A DNA stretch of 64,000 nt from Gammaproteobacteria bacterium. Its GTDB lineage: Bacteria; Pseudomonadota; Gammaproteobacteria; JAJPIJ01. Below the pieces are notes generated by a model. It searched no databases. It saw only the letters and a program-made list of their open reading frames with translations, and was not told the DNA's origin. Each line of letters starts with the position of its first letter. Position 1 is the first letter of the stretch. Below, piece after piece: positions 38,010 through 48,236 of this stretch. The stretch covers positions 18,660 through 82,659 of the forward strand of contig JAJVHZ010000027.1 in the NCBI GenBank assembly GCA_022072255.1, given 5' to 3'. The translations under genes were made by a program, and so were the position numbers.

Positions 38010-40546
38010 GGGAAGGTGTCGTATTTGAGTTCGGTATGGTTTGTGTCGCCGGTTGCTGTGGGTTCGGTTGCGGGTGGTGGGGTGCTGTATCTGTGTCGGC
38101 TGTTGCTGAGTCGTTTGGCTTCGAGGTATGGCAGGTAGTAGCGGCGGTGGGAGTTTTCGATGATTTGGTCGTGGTGGTGGGTTTCGGGTTGGGGTGGGGC
38201 GTTGAGGGTACTGATTTTTACGATTTCTGTGTGGATGCGGGCGTAGGCTTGGTAGGGGTCGAGGTGGATGATGTCTTTTGCGGTGACTTCTTCTTGGAGT
38301 TCGAGGCTGGCGCGGTGTGCTGATTCGGGGTCGCAGCGCATGATGATGGAGGCTCCGGCTCCGGTGAGGGCTTCTTGTTCGGCGGGTGTGAATTGGCGGC
38401 TGTAGTGGTGGGCGAGTATCCATCCGACTTTGGCTTTGCGGTCTTCGACGAGGCTGTCTTCGATGGCGTCGGTGACGAATTTGTGGGCTTCGTCGGCGTA
38501 GACGAAGAATGGAAGGTTGTCTTCGTATTTTTTGTTTAGGCGTCGTAGTGCGGAGATGTGGAGCATTGCGAATAGTAGGGATCCGAGGATTTGGCAGATC
38601 ATGGGTCCGATGGCTGAGAGGTCGATGAGTAGGATGTGGCCTTTTTCCATGATGTGGGGGATGTCAATTTTGCTTTGGGGGATGGAGAGGGTGAGGCCGA
38701 CGGTGTCGCTGTGGATGAGTTTGCTGAGGAGTCCTTGGGGTGGTTGGAAGGCCATTTTTTCGTAGTTTTCGAAGTCGTTTCTCCAGTATTGTTGGATGTC
38801 GGTGTCGTTGATTGATTTGAGGATTTTGCGGATGAGTGTCCGGCTTTCGTCGGATCCTCGGCGTAGGAGTGTGCTCAGGTCGCGGATGGTGCTGCCGGGG
38901 AGGTGGAGGAGGGCGTGGAAGCCGTAGCGTAGGATGTGTTCCATGCGGTTGCCCCAGGCGTTGTGTTCCATGAGTCCTTTGAAGGCGCCGACGATTTCGT
39001 CGACGGTGCGTCCGAGGTCTTGCAGGGTTCCGATGTCGAGTGGGTTCCAGCAGGGGGCGAAGGCGTGATCTTTCCAGGAGACGTAGACGACGCGGTCGAT
39101 GTGTTCGGGGGTGATGTAGTAGAGGAGTTTGTCGACGAGGGTTCCGTGGGGGTCGAGGACGCAGACGCCGTATCCTTTTGGGATGTCGTCAAGGATCATG
39201 GTGAGCATGGTGGTGCTTTTGCCCATACCGGGGCCGCCTTGGATGTGGATGCTGCGGAAACGCAGGTCTTCGGAGAGGTAGACGGTTTTGTCTTCTCCGG
39301 CGATGTTGGCGGTACCAATGGGGGTGCCTTCTTTTAGAATAGCGTCGGAGGGGATGAAGGGGGTGAGGTGAGTCATGGGGACGTCGTCGCGTTCTAGGGC
39401 GGATTCGGGTGGTAGGTGGACCAGTCCGGTGAGTTCTTGGGAGTTGAGGAGGAATCCTGGCCGGTAGGTGGTCCCCAAGTGCAGCATTTGATGAATCGCA
39501 TCAGGCGGGAAGTTGTCGCCGTAGCCTTGCTCAGTTAGACGATTGAGGGGGAGTCCGCCGTGTTGGAAGACGCACATTGAGGAGTCGAGCGAAATCATAT
39601 CGATGAGACGTTCGCTTGAGGAAGCGAGTCCGATGCGGATGGCGACTGAGAAGAAGGGTTTGTCGTTGTGGGCTTTGTTTTCGATTTCCATGGCTTCCTG
39701 GCGGTTGTCGGCTGATGGGGGGATCAGGGGCCGGTTCTGGGCGAGTGGGTTGTTGAGGGTTTTGATGAAGTGTTCCATATCCCGTAAGACGTCCACGTTG
39801 TGGTGCCAGTTGTGGGTGGGATTGGTGGGTTGGAAGGCTACTTGGTAGAGGCCGATTGCTTCCGTTGGAAGGCGGCCTATGAGGACGATGACTGGTTCCA
39901 GGGTGGAGAATTTTAGCTCGTAGGGTCGTGTGAGTAGGTGCGAGTAGGGGGGATTGGGGAAGTAGTCCAGTAAGTGGATGACCTGGCGATCCATTCGTGG
40001 GTTTCCCCAGAGTGTTTTGTTATCTGGCATGAGGCGGCATTCGGGGTAATGGGCTGCGAACATTCCTTCTAGAACCGGCCAGTCTTTGACAGTGGCAGAG
40101 AACTGGATGTCGACTCGCTCCTTGTTTCCGGCCACGGCGAAGAGGATCCGGTGGGTAAGCCCGCTGATCCCCTTGAGGAAGAGTTCGGATCGGACCCAGT
40201 CGAATGGGTGCTTCGGTGAGATCCATACCCTCCCGGTCTGCCAGACCGGCTCTTCTTCACAGGAAACCGATAGGGGAAAGCGTTGGGCGCTCCCAAAGTC
40301 TTTAGTCAGAACGATCGGTTCGTACCGGGGTTCAAGGTGTACCGGGTACGGATAGATTTCCGGGCTACAACCCTTCTCCATCTCGCCCGAAATGAGCCTT
40401 TCAGCGCTAGACCGCAGGAACTGGGGACGGCTGTACTCCACAATGGCACCGGCGATTGAACCCATGGATCTAGTTTTCTCCCGATCCTCTAGCGGCAGGC
40501 AAGACCTCCACTGTTCGGTTTCGCCTCTCAGGTTACCCCCGTTCAT
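38006..40546 (-). CDS. VirD4/TraD-like coupling-protein ATPase (FtsK-HerA superfamily)
   Basis: Walker A GGPGMGKS, CVLDPHG, WNPL, WGNRMEHIL, Walker B YADEAH, ILAHHY; start uncertain. Confidence 0.8.
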   Translation of the reverse strand: MNGGNLRGETEQWRSCLPLEDREKTRSMGSIAGAIVEYSRPQFLRSSAERLISGEMEKGCSPEIYPYPVHLEPRYEPIVLTKDFGSAQRFPLSVSCEEEPVWQTGRVWISPKHPFDWVRSELFLKGISGLTHRILFAVAGNKERVDIQFSATVKDWPVLEGMFAAHYPECRLMPDNKTLWGNPRMDRQVIHLLDYFPNPPYSHLLTRPYELKFSTLEPVIVLIGRLPTEAIGLYQVAFQPTNPTHNWHHNVDVLRDMEHFIKTLNNPLAQNRPLIPPSADNRQEAMEIENKAHNDKPFFSVAIRIGLASSSERLIDMISLDSSMCVFQHGGLPLNRLTEQGYGDNFPPDAIHQMLHLGTTYRPGFLLNSQELTGLVHLPPESALERDDVPMTHLTPFIPSDAILKEGTPIGTANIAGEDKTVYLSEDLRFRSIHIQGGPGMGKSTTMLTMILDDIPKGYGVCVLDPHGTLVDKLLYYITPEHIDRVVYVSWKDHAFAPCWNPLDIGTLQDLGRTVDEIVGAFKGLMEHNAWGNRMEHILRYGFHALLHLPGSTIRDLSTLLRRGSDESRTLIRKILKSINDTDIQQYWRNDFENYEKMAFQPPQGLLSKLIHSDTVGLTLSIPQSKIDIPHIMEKGHILLIDLSAIGPMICQILGSLLFAMLHISALRRLNKKYEDNLPFFVYADEAHKFVTDAIEDSLVEDRKAKVGWILAHHYSRQFTPAEQEALTGAGASIIMRCDPESAHRASLELQEEVTAKDIIHLDPYQAYARIHTEIVKISTLNAPPQPETHHHDQIIENSHRRYYLPYLEAKRLSNSRHRYSTPPPATEPTATGDTNHTELKYDTFP

Positions 40547-40567
40547 GCCAAATCTGAACTTCAGATG

Positions 40568-40607
40568 AAAAAAAACTCCTTGACCGCCTGAAGGTAATGA
40601 GTATCAT
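40568..40607 (+). promoter_or_regulatory. sigma70-like promoter of the plus-strand ATPase/kinase operon
   Basis: A-tract, TTGACC (40580-85), 16 nt, TATCAT (40602-07); SD AGGAGG before ATG 40729. Confidence 0.55.
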
Positions 40608-40728
40608 TCCTCATTTATTGTCGATATTGTTTGCATGTTTTGTCTCGGTCGCATCGTTTCGGTTTCGTTCAGTTCACACAAACCCTAGGTGTTCGTTTGA
40701 TTTGTCACTGAGGAGGAGGTGTGTAAGG

Positions 40729-42951
40729 ATGACATCTGAAGGGCCGGATATCGCCAAAGAGATTCCTGTCAGTATTGAGGCAATAGGGGACAAGGTACTC
40801 GCATCGCAGTTTCATGTCTCCCGAATTATCACTCCTTTCATCGGGTGGTTGCTGCTAACCTTCGTTCTCTTCGATGTAATGGGAAACATAATAGGATTCC
40901 CGGTTATTACAGGAAGTATCTTCGGTGGGGTTAAGCGAATCAGTGGCACTGATGATCCTTACACATCCCGCCATGGATTCGAAGTCACTAAGCGTGATTC
41001 GGAAAAGAGTCCCCAATTTCGCTGGGTAGCAGTAGTTCATACGCGCGCTGCCGGTGCTGTTTCATTTGGTATTCAATTGGTGATTCTTGTAGCATCCGTC
41101 GGTTTTCTCTACTTCTCTCCTTGGCGCTTTTGGCTTCCTGTAATGTTTTCCACTGACGAATTTGAAAGCGGAGTCTTTGAAAAGATTCCTTTGGTCGGTG
41201 GGAAATTTCGGTCCCTTTATTCGATCATTTCAGAGAGTGGACTCCGGATAGCCCAGGCTGGGATTAAAGAGGATGAAGATCCACACAGTTTTACGATTGG
41301 ATTTCGTGTTTTTCTGTCGGTAATCGTCATTGTCTGCTCAATGATTCTCATGGCTGTGTTGTGGCATGCGTCGGTAATGCTTCTTGTAATCGGCGTATTC
41401 GTTATTGTTTTTGGGGATAGTGCAATGAAGTGTGTTCACCTCTTTTGGCAAAGGATTAGTTCAGATTTCGGATCGTTGTTGGGAATGTATCTCGGTGTCG
41501 CACTGGCCGCAGCATTCTCTCTCCTCATGGGTGCACAATGGGGCCTCTATTACCAATTCCCCTTCCAAGTTTGGTTTTTGGGTGATTTTTTCGTCTTCCG
41601 GTTACTGGAGGTTTTCCTCCTTTCAGCGGTAATCCTGATGCTTTCTGTTCAGTCCCAGGCGGGATTGAAGTGTGCGGTCTTTTATCGTGCCCAGAAGCCA
41701 GAAGCGGGTTTCAGACGGTCTTATCATGTGTTTGATTACCGCAAGGTAGCATCATGGCCTGTGTTTGTTTACCTGGACCCAGACTCGATCACGAAGGCTG
41801 TTGTGTTGCTGCGGAGAGATGATAAGCACTACGAGGTGATCGACCACTCTCTACGGATTCCTTTGATGAGTGGCATATTCACGGTCTTGAATCTGTCAGC
41901 ACTGGAATCTCGTTTGGGGGACACTCGTGTTCGCGTCAAGGATGGAAGAGAGTTTTTCACTTGTGAGGCGGAATACCGAATCAGTCCTCGGTCTTTTGAT
42001 TCTCTCAAGAGCACGATGCTCGGAGAACTTGGTAATTCTCTTCCAGATAGAGCTGTTGGGCTTGTGTTGGATGAGATTTTTAAGAATGAAAAGCCGTTGA
42101 ACCTTTTTAATGACACGTTTGCAAAGGCATTTGTGGAATACTCGAATGGGAAAAATAAGACGGCAAGAGATATCCGCGAGAAATATACGAGTATTGAGGC
42201 CGAGATCCGTGTAGCGAGTATGTTTGTTGATGCTCAGCTCCAAATACCTTCAACTATGGTAGGCGGCGATGTCGGCGGCCTCGCGTTGAGTATTACTGGC
42301 TACAGCCAACTACGGGCAGCAGGGTCCCGCATGCGTGATTTGATTGAAGGGCCACGTGAGGAGTGGAAGTACTATCGTGAAAAGAAAGCTCAAGCCAGGA
42401 CGGAATTACCTGGCGTATTCTTGAATCATCTTCGCAGTCATTTCATGAAGGAATTGATACAGGGCGAGACAACTCCAGGAGATGAGGTGTTAGAGAAGAC
42501 GGCGGATTGTCTTCTGGCTTGCTTTGGGGTTCATCTGGTGGTCAATGATTTTGACTTTGCTCCGGGTCCGTCTAGGGAGTGCGAAAATATGATACAGACG
42601 CTTGAGGCTGGCTTTGCTGCTAAACAGGAGAGGATCGACCAGGAGATCCAACGTCGTGAACAGTCGATGTTGGATTTCTTCCAGCGTCGGATTGAGCGTG
42701 TCGAGGAGAATAAGCGGGAGGTGGTGAATCAATTGATACAGACGGCTCCGCATGTGCTCCCATACCTGTTACAGACTCGCGGTGGTGAAAGGTTGGTAGA
42801 TTATCTTTTGTCATTGGGTGAGTCGGCGTTACGTAATTCGGTTGAGAGTCTATCCCGGATTCCAGCTGATCGACCCGCTGAGATTGAGGCTCAGGTCAAT
42901 GAGCTGGCTGGGGTGGGAGGGGGTGGTGATCTAGGTGGGTCTGGTGCGTAA
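40729..42951 (+). CDS. polytopic membrane protein with C-terminal soluble coiled-coil region
   Basis: About 7-8 hydrophobic segments in the N-half; charged helical C-half (AKQERIDQEIQRREQ..RRIERVEENKRE). Confidence 0.7.
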   Translation: MTSEGPDIAKEIPVSIEAIGDKVLASQFHVSRIITPFIGWLLLTFVLFDVMGNIIGFPVITGSIFGGVKRISGTDDPYTSRHGFEVTKRDSEKSPQFRWVAVVHTRAAGAVSFGIQLVILVASVGFLYFSPWRFWLPVMFSTDEFESGVFEKIPLVGGKFRSLYSIISESGLRIAQAGIKEDEDPHSFTIGFRVFLSVIVIVCSMILMAVLWHASVMLLVIGVFVIVFGDSAMKCVHLFWQRISSDFGSLLGMYLGVALAAAFSLLMGAQWGLYYQFPFQVWFLGDFFVFRLLEVFLLSAVILMLSVQSQAGLKCAVFYRAQKPEAGFRRSYHVFDYRKVASWPVFVYLDPDSITKAVVLLRRDDKHYEVIDHSLRIPLMSGIFTVLNLSALESRLGDTRVRVKDGREFFTCEAEYRISPRSFDSLKSTMLGELGNSLPDRAVGLVLDEIFKNEKPLNLFNDTFAKAFVEYSNGKNKTARDIREKYTSIEAEIRVASMFVDAQLQIPSTMVGGDVGGLALSITGYSQLRAAGSRMRDLIEGPREEWKYYREKKAQARTELPGVFLNHLRSHFMKELIQGETTPGDEVLEKTADCLLACFGVHLVVNDFDFAPGPSRECENMIQTLEAGFAAKQERIDQEIQRREQSMLDFFQRRIERVEENKREVVNQLIQTAPHVLPYLLQTRGGERLVDYLLSLGESALRNSVESLSRIPADRPAEIEAQVNELAGVGGGGDLGGSGA

Positions 42952-42954
42952 AAG

Positions 42955-44130
42955 ATGTGCGCCCAGATTCGGTATCACAGGGAACTGATTGGTAGCGGTC
43001 CAGAACCCCTTTCGGCTGCTTCGTGTGGGAACGCCTTGATGCAGGCAGTTGGTGCGTTTCTCTCCCAGGGGGGAGACCGGTATGCAATGATGCAACTGAG
43101 TCTGGCCAGACAGTCCGAAGACGCGACTCTGGCGTGGTCTCTCTTTGACTCAGATGTTTCCCTGCTGTCCCAGGAATCAGCCCTCTTCGATCTGCTCTTC
43201 TCACGGGAGGATGGCTGGATCAGGACAGACGATGGGATGTCCTCTCCCGATAGGGCCTTCCCGAGTCCGGGTACTTCGTGCTGGACAACCTCACTCGCGC
43301 GCCGGATTCAGTTCCTTGATCTGCCGTTCCGTTTTCCCGCACTTCCCTCATCCCTGCCGAGTCCACAACCAATTGCCACGGGTAAGGGGGTCCCACCGCA
43401 ATCTTCTGCAGGCCGTCCGGATTCAGGGTCGGTTGCCGTCGGCGTCGGAGACCGTCGGCCATCCGCCATGATCTATCGCGGTAAGCGGAGGATTCCCCCA
43501 CTCGGCTTACCGGTGGTTGAGGATACTCTGGTCTCCCCGGTCTGTCTTCCATTCGTTATGGCTTTGCGAGGGGAGAATGCCATAAGGCGGGACTTCCGAA
43601 ATTTTATTCTCCGACTTGCGCCGATGGAGTTGAGGCTCACTTTCCGCGCTCCCGATGCCGAAGGCCTTTTTCAGGACAGGGCCACTTCGACTTATCTTCG
43701 GCAGTGGGTTGGCCGGCTTTTCGAGCCTGGGTCTTCGATGGTCTTCCCTCACTCCAGGGAAGCGTGGTCGTGCTATGGCCAGTATTGGTCTGCGCCTGAA
43801 GACCTCCTCGATGTGGCTATCTCAGTTGTGGCAGCAAGCCGGGATCGGATGCTTGCGCTCGCGCACCTTTTCTCCAGCGTCTTCCTCGCCACCGGTTGTC
43901 TGGGATCTGATCCGGACGGCGTAACTCAGGGAGAGCCCGGTGGGGAGTGTGGGGGCTCCGAGAAGTGGTTTGATGGCCGTGGTTTGCTTTACGACCAAGT
44001 CTATCAAGGATTCATGACGAGGATGCGCCAAAGGTTCACCGTTCAGGAGGCGCTTGTTCTGTCCAACAACCTGGCAGGCGCACTTGCGAGGTTTGGCAGT
44101 TTGAAAGAAGCGGCGGTGAGTGGAGTTTGA
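42955..44130 (+). CDS. hypothetical protein
   Basis: 391-aa ORF packed 3 nt after the previous stop and 18 nt before the ATPase; no motif recognised. Confidence 0.6.
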   Translation: MCAQIRYHRELIGSGPEPLSAASCGNALMQAVGAFLSQGGDRYAMMQLSLARQSEDATLAWSLFDSDVSLLSQESALFDLLFSREDGWIRTDDGMSSPDRAFPSPGTSCWTTSLARRIQFLDLPFRFPALPSSLPSPQPIATGKGVPPQSSAGRPDSGSVAVGVGDRRPSAMIYRGKRRIPPLGLPVVEDTLVSPVCLPFVMALRGENAIRRDFRNFILRLAPMELRLTFRAPDAEGLFQDRATSTYLRQWVGRLFEPGSSMVFPHSREAWSCYGQYWSAPEDLLDVAISVVAASRDRMLALAHLFSSVFLATGCLGSDPDGVTQGEPGGECGGSEKWFDGRGLLYDQVYQGFMTRMRQRFTVQEALVLSNNLAGALARFGSLKEAAVSGV

Positions 44131-44148
44131 TTCGGGTCCATTTAAGGA

Positions 44149-47100
44149 GTGGTAGCGGTCATGGAGACAGATCTTCCGGAGCGTGGGGAGGGTGTTGCTG
44201 TCTCGGGGGGCCAGTCTGGGCTTCCGGGTGATCCGTTGTTGCGAGTGGAGATTGATCCGGCGGTCGTGAATCCAAGTTGGGTGGCCACGTATGAGTTGTT
44301 GAGTATTCCTGATCCTTCCCGTTATTCGCTTAAGGCGGCGAGTCACGGGAATCCACGGGCCGCGATTGCCAGAGCTCATGAACAAGTGCTTCGTCTTATG
44401 TCTTCCTTTGGTTCCAAGGATGTGGTCTTGAGTCTTCGGTTGCATTTTGATCCGTCGTGCCGTCCGCTTCAGAGACGTTTGCGGGTTTTTCTGCGTATCG
44501 GTTTGAGTGAGAGGATGCCTTCCGAATTGGTGGTGGATCTGGTTGAGAGGGGGCCGTTGTGTCCCTTTTTCGGATTGGAGAGGGTGGTTGAAGGAGGTTT
44601 CCCGAAGGATTGGGATCTTGCTGATTATTGTTCGGGATGGGAGCTCGTTCGTGAGGAGATGTTGTTGCCCAGTTTGTTGGATCGTTCCGATAATCCGAAT
44701 GCAATTTCACTTGGTTATTATCTTCCTGGCCGTTTTTCGGCTTCGAGAGATAATGACGGACTTCTCCTTGACCGGCTTCTTTCGGGTGTTGAATCTCCGG
44801 TGGTAGTGGATCTGATGTTGACGTCTTGGGCAGCGAATGATTTGAGGAGGTCCCAGATTGCTTTGGCTGCTGCTTATCAGAAAGTGAATTCGTTTCGTGA
44901 CTTGGGCAAGAAGCGTATTCGGGGAATTGATCAGCGGGATTCACTGGAAATTCAGGGCTACGAGAAGGATGCCTTGGCGGATGAGGCTGTTCGGTATCAC
45001 CAGCGTTTTCGTGAGTTGTTGTGGAAGCCTTTGCTTCGTTTTCACTTTCGTGTGTTTGGGGTGCATGGGGAGGTTGCCCGGCTTGTGGCTGGTACGTTAG
45101 CTGAGTCTGGTCTAAAGGAGGGGAAGTATTCGCTCCTCCAGATGGAGGCCGGTTTGGATTTGGATGTAGCGAAAGATTCCGTGCTGGCATGCCGTTTTGT
45201 GGCGGTTCCATTCGATCACCAGGTCTGGGTAGGATGGATTTCTGGAGCGCGGGAGAAACCGAAGAGTGTTTGGCGGCACCTGAGTTCCCTGAGCCGGATT
45301 GGGACGGTTGAGGAGTTGGCTGGGGTATTTCGTTTGCCGGTGGGAGGTTTCGGTTCGGCTACGTGTATTCGCATGGATACCGATCCTGATATGGGGCGAA
45401 GGCCGGATTCGTTGATGATCGGGGCGGACCTTGAGAGTGGATTCGATGATTCCTCCTGGGCCTGGAAGCCTACGGCGGATTTGAAGTTGCTGTTCGAGGA
45501 GAGAGAGGCTGCTGTTTCCCATCTTTATCTCCCTTTGTCAGATCTTGCCAAGCACGCCTTTGTCGCGGGTGCGTCGGGGAGCGGTAAGACGACCGCTCTT
45601 TTTCATCTGTTGGTTCAGATGGCGCGTGAGGGTGTTCCATTTCTTGTGATCGAGCCCGCCAAGACGGAGTACCGTATATTGAAGATGTTGGGAGAGCATC
45701 CGGATCCTTTGGTTCAGGATTTTTCGCGCCGGCTTCGCGTTTATACGCCAGGCAAGGAATCGCTTTCTCCGCTTCGATTGAATCCTTTCATTATTCCAAA
45801 AGGAACCGAACCTGATCTGCATCGGGCTAATCTTCTTTCGTGTTTTGAGGCGGCCATGCCATTGGGTGGGCCTTTGCAGGCGTTGCTGGCGGAGGGGATT
45901 GAGCGGGTTTATGAGCTTTGTGATCCTCCGGACTTTCCGCAGATGAAGGATTTGTTTTTGGCGAGTAGGCAAATCCTTGAGGAGAAGTCCTATTCGGGGG
46001 AGGTTCGTGACCACTTGTCGGCGATGATAGAGGTTCGTTTGGGAATGTTGACCAAAGGGGCCATCGGGAAGGTGTTCTCCTCGAAGGATAACCTTCCTGC
46101 CATTCGTGACCTTCTCTCCCTTCCTGTCTTGATCGAATTGGATTCTCTGGCGCCGAATCATGCGTCGCTTTTGACACTTTTTATCCTCACGGCTATTCGT
46201 GAGGATGTGAAGGCGGCGAGGGTGTCGGAGCACGGGGTACTTCATCATGTGACGGTATTGGAGGAAGCCCACAACCTGGTGGGCCGGACGCAGGAGGCAC
46301 GTGCATCAGAGGAAAATGCTGATCCCAAAGCCTATGCGGCGGAATTTGTGACACGAATGCTGGCGGAGATGCGTGCCTTGGGAGAGGGGATGTTGATTGC
46401 GGATCAGCTTCCTTCGGCGGTTGCTCCGGAGGTGGTCAAGAACACGTCCTCGAAATTGGCTCACCGGTTGGTGAGTGTGGATGACCGTGAGGATCTTGGG
46501 GGGGCAATGCTGCTGGATGCAGCGCAGACGGAGGAGATCGCCCGCCTTCAACCTGGGGAGGCGTACTTTTATACCGAAGGTTTGTATCGCCCGCGCAGAG
46601 TCCGGGTGCCGTTTTCTTTGGGCTATCTCGGTCTGGTAAGTGGTTTTCCTCGGGATGCCGCTTTGAGAGCGGTTCTGGAAAGGGAGGACTGGTTTTGGGA
46701 TGGAGCGCTTCAAAGAGGTCGAGAGAAGACCAGAGCCTTGCTTGGCAGGATGGGTGAATGGGTGGATGGAATCCTTCAGTTGAGAACAGACCTTCTCAAG
46801 GAGTTACGGCGGTTCGGGACGTTGTCGAAGGTGGAATCGGATCGTCAAAAGAAGGAGGCGGCCATTTTTGATCATGCTGTGGTTGGCCTTGAGGGGAGGC
46901 ACAAGCAGCTGAATCCGGACAGGCTTTATAGGAAGTATGTGGAAGAGGTTCTTGAGGATCCGGATGTTCGATTGGCCCAGCGGCGAAAGGATTCTGAGTC
47001 TCAGGATTTGGCGGGTCAAGTAAAGATCCGTTGGTCTGGTCTGGTTGAGAAGTGGGGTTCCAATTCGAAGGAGTTGCTTGAGGCGCAGCGGCTTGTGAGG

Positions 47101-47166
47101 GTGCTTCGGAATGTTGGTCTTCTAGTCCCGGAGAGAAAGGAGAAATGCCGTGGCGATTGGAGATAA
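44149..47166 (+). CDS. HerA/VirB4-like ATPase (DUF87-type) with long N-terminal domain and C-terminal coiled coil
   Basis: KHAFVAGASGSGKT, LVIEPAKTEY, LRLNPF, Walker B VLEEAHNL, ADQLPSAVAPEVVKNT. Confidence 0.88.
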   Translation: MVAVMETDLPERGEGVAVSGGQSGLPGDPLLRVEIDPAVVNPSWVATYELLSIPDPSRYSLKAASHGNPRAAIARAHEQVLRLMSSFGSKDVVLSLRLHFDPSCRPLQRRLRVFLRIGLSERMPSELVVDLVERGPLCPFFGLERVVEGGFPKDWDLADYCSGWELVREEMLLPSLLDRSDNPNAISLGYYLPGRFSASRDNDGLLLDRLLSGVESPVVVDLMLTSWAANDLRRSQIALAAAYQKVNSFRDLGKKRIRGIDQRDSLEIQGYEKDALADEAVRYHQRFRELLWKPLLRFHFRVFGVHGEVARLVAGTLAESGLKEGKYSLLQMEAGLDLDVAKDSVLACRFVAVPFDHQVWVGWISGAREKPKSVWRHLSSLSRIGTVEELAGVFRLPVGGFGSATCIRMDTDPDMGRRPDSLMIGADLESGFDDSSWAWKPTADLKLLFEEREAAVSHLYLPLSDLAKHAFVAGASGSGKTTALFHLLVQMAREGVPFLVIEPAKTEYRILKMLGEHPDPLVQDFSRRLRVYTPGKESLSPLRLNPFIIPKGTEPDLHRANLLSCFEAAMPLGGPLQALLAEGIERVYELCDPPDFPQMKDLFLASRQILEEKSYSGEVRDHLSAMIEVRLGMLTKGAIGKVFSSKDNLPAIRDLLSLPVLIELDSLAPNHASLLTLFILTAIREDVKAARVSEHGVLHHVTVLEEAHNLVGRTQEARASEENADPKAYAAEFVTRMLAEMRALGEGMLIADQLPSAVAPEVVKNTSSKLAHRLVSVDDREDLGGAMLLDAAQTEEIARLQPGEAYFYTEGLYRPRRVRVPFSLGYLGLVSGFPRDAALRAVLEREDWFWDGALQRGREKTRALLGRMGEWVDGILQLRTDLLKELRRFGTLSKVESDRQKKEAAIFDHAVVGLEGRHKQLNPDRLYRKYVEEVLEDPDVRLAQRRKDSESQDLAGQVKIRWSGLVEKWGSNSKELLEAQRLVRVLRNVGLLVPERKEKCRGDWR

Positions 47167-47674
47167 ACCCAAACGCAGGGAGGAGATCGAGTCTGAAATC
47201 AAGGAGCGGGAGGAGGATCTTGAGGAGCGAGCGGAGAAAGAAGGTCAGGTTGTGGAGGATAAGGTTCACATCAGTGATGCAGCCAAAGAGCTGAACCTTG
47301 CTGGGACGGAAGATGGCGCCGACCAGATCAAGGAGTTGGTCACTGAGGGGGGTGTTGAGGTGGACGAGGAGTTTGAGCGGCAGGACGACGAACTCAGTGA
47401 GGTTCATGAGGAATGTAAGGAAGTTGAGGAAGAGCTCACTGACCGGGCTGAGAAGAGCTCTGAGGATGCGGAGAAGACGGCGGATGCCGCTGAGAAGGTT
47501 GAGACGGAAAAAGCTAGCCGTCAGTTGGATGAAGCAGCTAAAGCAGCCGATGAGGACAGTCAGTATTTGGAGGCTGCTGAGGAGGAACAGGAGTCGATCC
47601 GGGAAAAGAGTGAGGAGACTCAGGCTGAGCATCGTGAAGTTTTGGAGCATACCGAGATTGAGTTCAAGGAGTAG
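47150..47674 (+). CDS. extremely acidic all-helical protein
   Basis: 174 aa dominated by E/D; no Cys cluster or TM segment; start overlaps the ATPase 3' end. Confidence 0.75.
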   Translation: MAIGDKPKRREEIESEIKEREEDLEERAEKEGQVVEDKVHISDAAKELNLAGTEDGADQIKELVTEGGVEVDEEFERQDDELSEVHEECKEVEEELTDRAEKSSEDAEKTADAAEKVETEKASRQLDEAAKAADEDSQYLEAAEEEQESIREKSEETQAEHREVLEHTEIEFKE

Positions 47675-47678
47675 GCCG

Positions 47679-48236
47679 ATGGATCTTCTTGATCGAACTC
47701 GTGAGGTAATGGAGCGTTATCGCCGGGCTTTGGCGGAGTTACGGCGTCCACCGAAATTCGGTTCAAAGGGTGGGATCTTCGCTTTTGCCGAGGAAGAAGA
47801 GCAACGCCGGGTAAAGGATGAGTATCTTCATGCGCGCCAGGAGTTGAAATTCTGCGTGGATGAATTGCGGGAGGTTGTGTCGCTTCTAGAAATGGATGAT
47901 GAGATTTTGGACGACATGCCTTTGGTTACCAGGCCTGCCAAGGAACTTTTGGATCGAGCTGCGGAAGTTAACCGCAAGGATTTGGAGAGGGCTCAGGAGT
48001 TGCTCGATGCGGCTGGGAACGCGCTTGGTGAGTCGGAGGCGGGTGAGAGTCCCTTCCCTGTTTTTGGATCGGGCCGGATTTGGGATGGGTGGCCGATGGA
48101 GATTGTTGAACCTTGTGATGAACCAATTGCACCTCCGGATCCCTCTCTTGGATCGGCGTCAAATGAACCTGAGAGTTTGGAAAGTCTTTTGGGGCGTAGG
48201 AAGCGTTTGCCTGGAGAAAAGGCCAAGGAGTCGTGA
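47679..48236 (+). CDS. hypothetical helical protein
   Basis: ATG 47679 four nt after the previous stop; GTGA overlap with the WD40 gene. Confidence 0.6.
   Translation: MDLLDRTREVMERYRRALAELRRPPKFGSKGGIFAFAEEEEQRRVKDEYLHARQELKFCVDELREVVSLLEMDDEILDDMPLVTRPAKELLDRAAEVNRKDLERAQELLDAAGNALGESEAGESPFPVFGSGRIWDGWPMEIVEPCDEPIAPPDPSLGSASNEPESLESLLGRRKRLPGEKAKES

Noticed and set aside
37273-38423. Long Pro/His/Thr/Arg-rich ORFs (37273-37911 and the 5' extension of 37404-38423) and Gly/Val/Trp-rich plus-strand ORFs over the same DNA
   Set aside because: Shadow frames produced by the G+T skew (few stop codons); they overlap the ATPase and D1 genes, which have ATGA coupling and real motifs
47150-48236. 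WXG100/ESAT-6 annotation for the two helical proteins
   Set aside because: No WxG motif and lengths of 174-185 aa rather than ~100; kept only as an analogy
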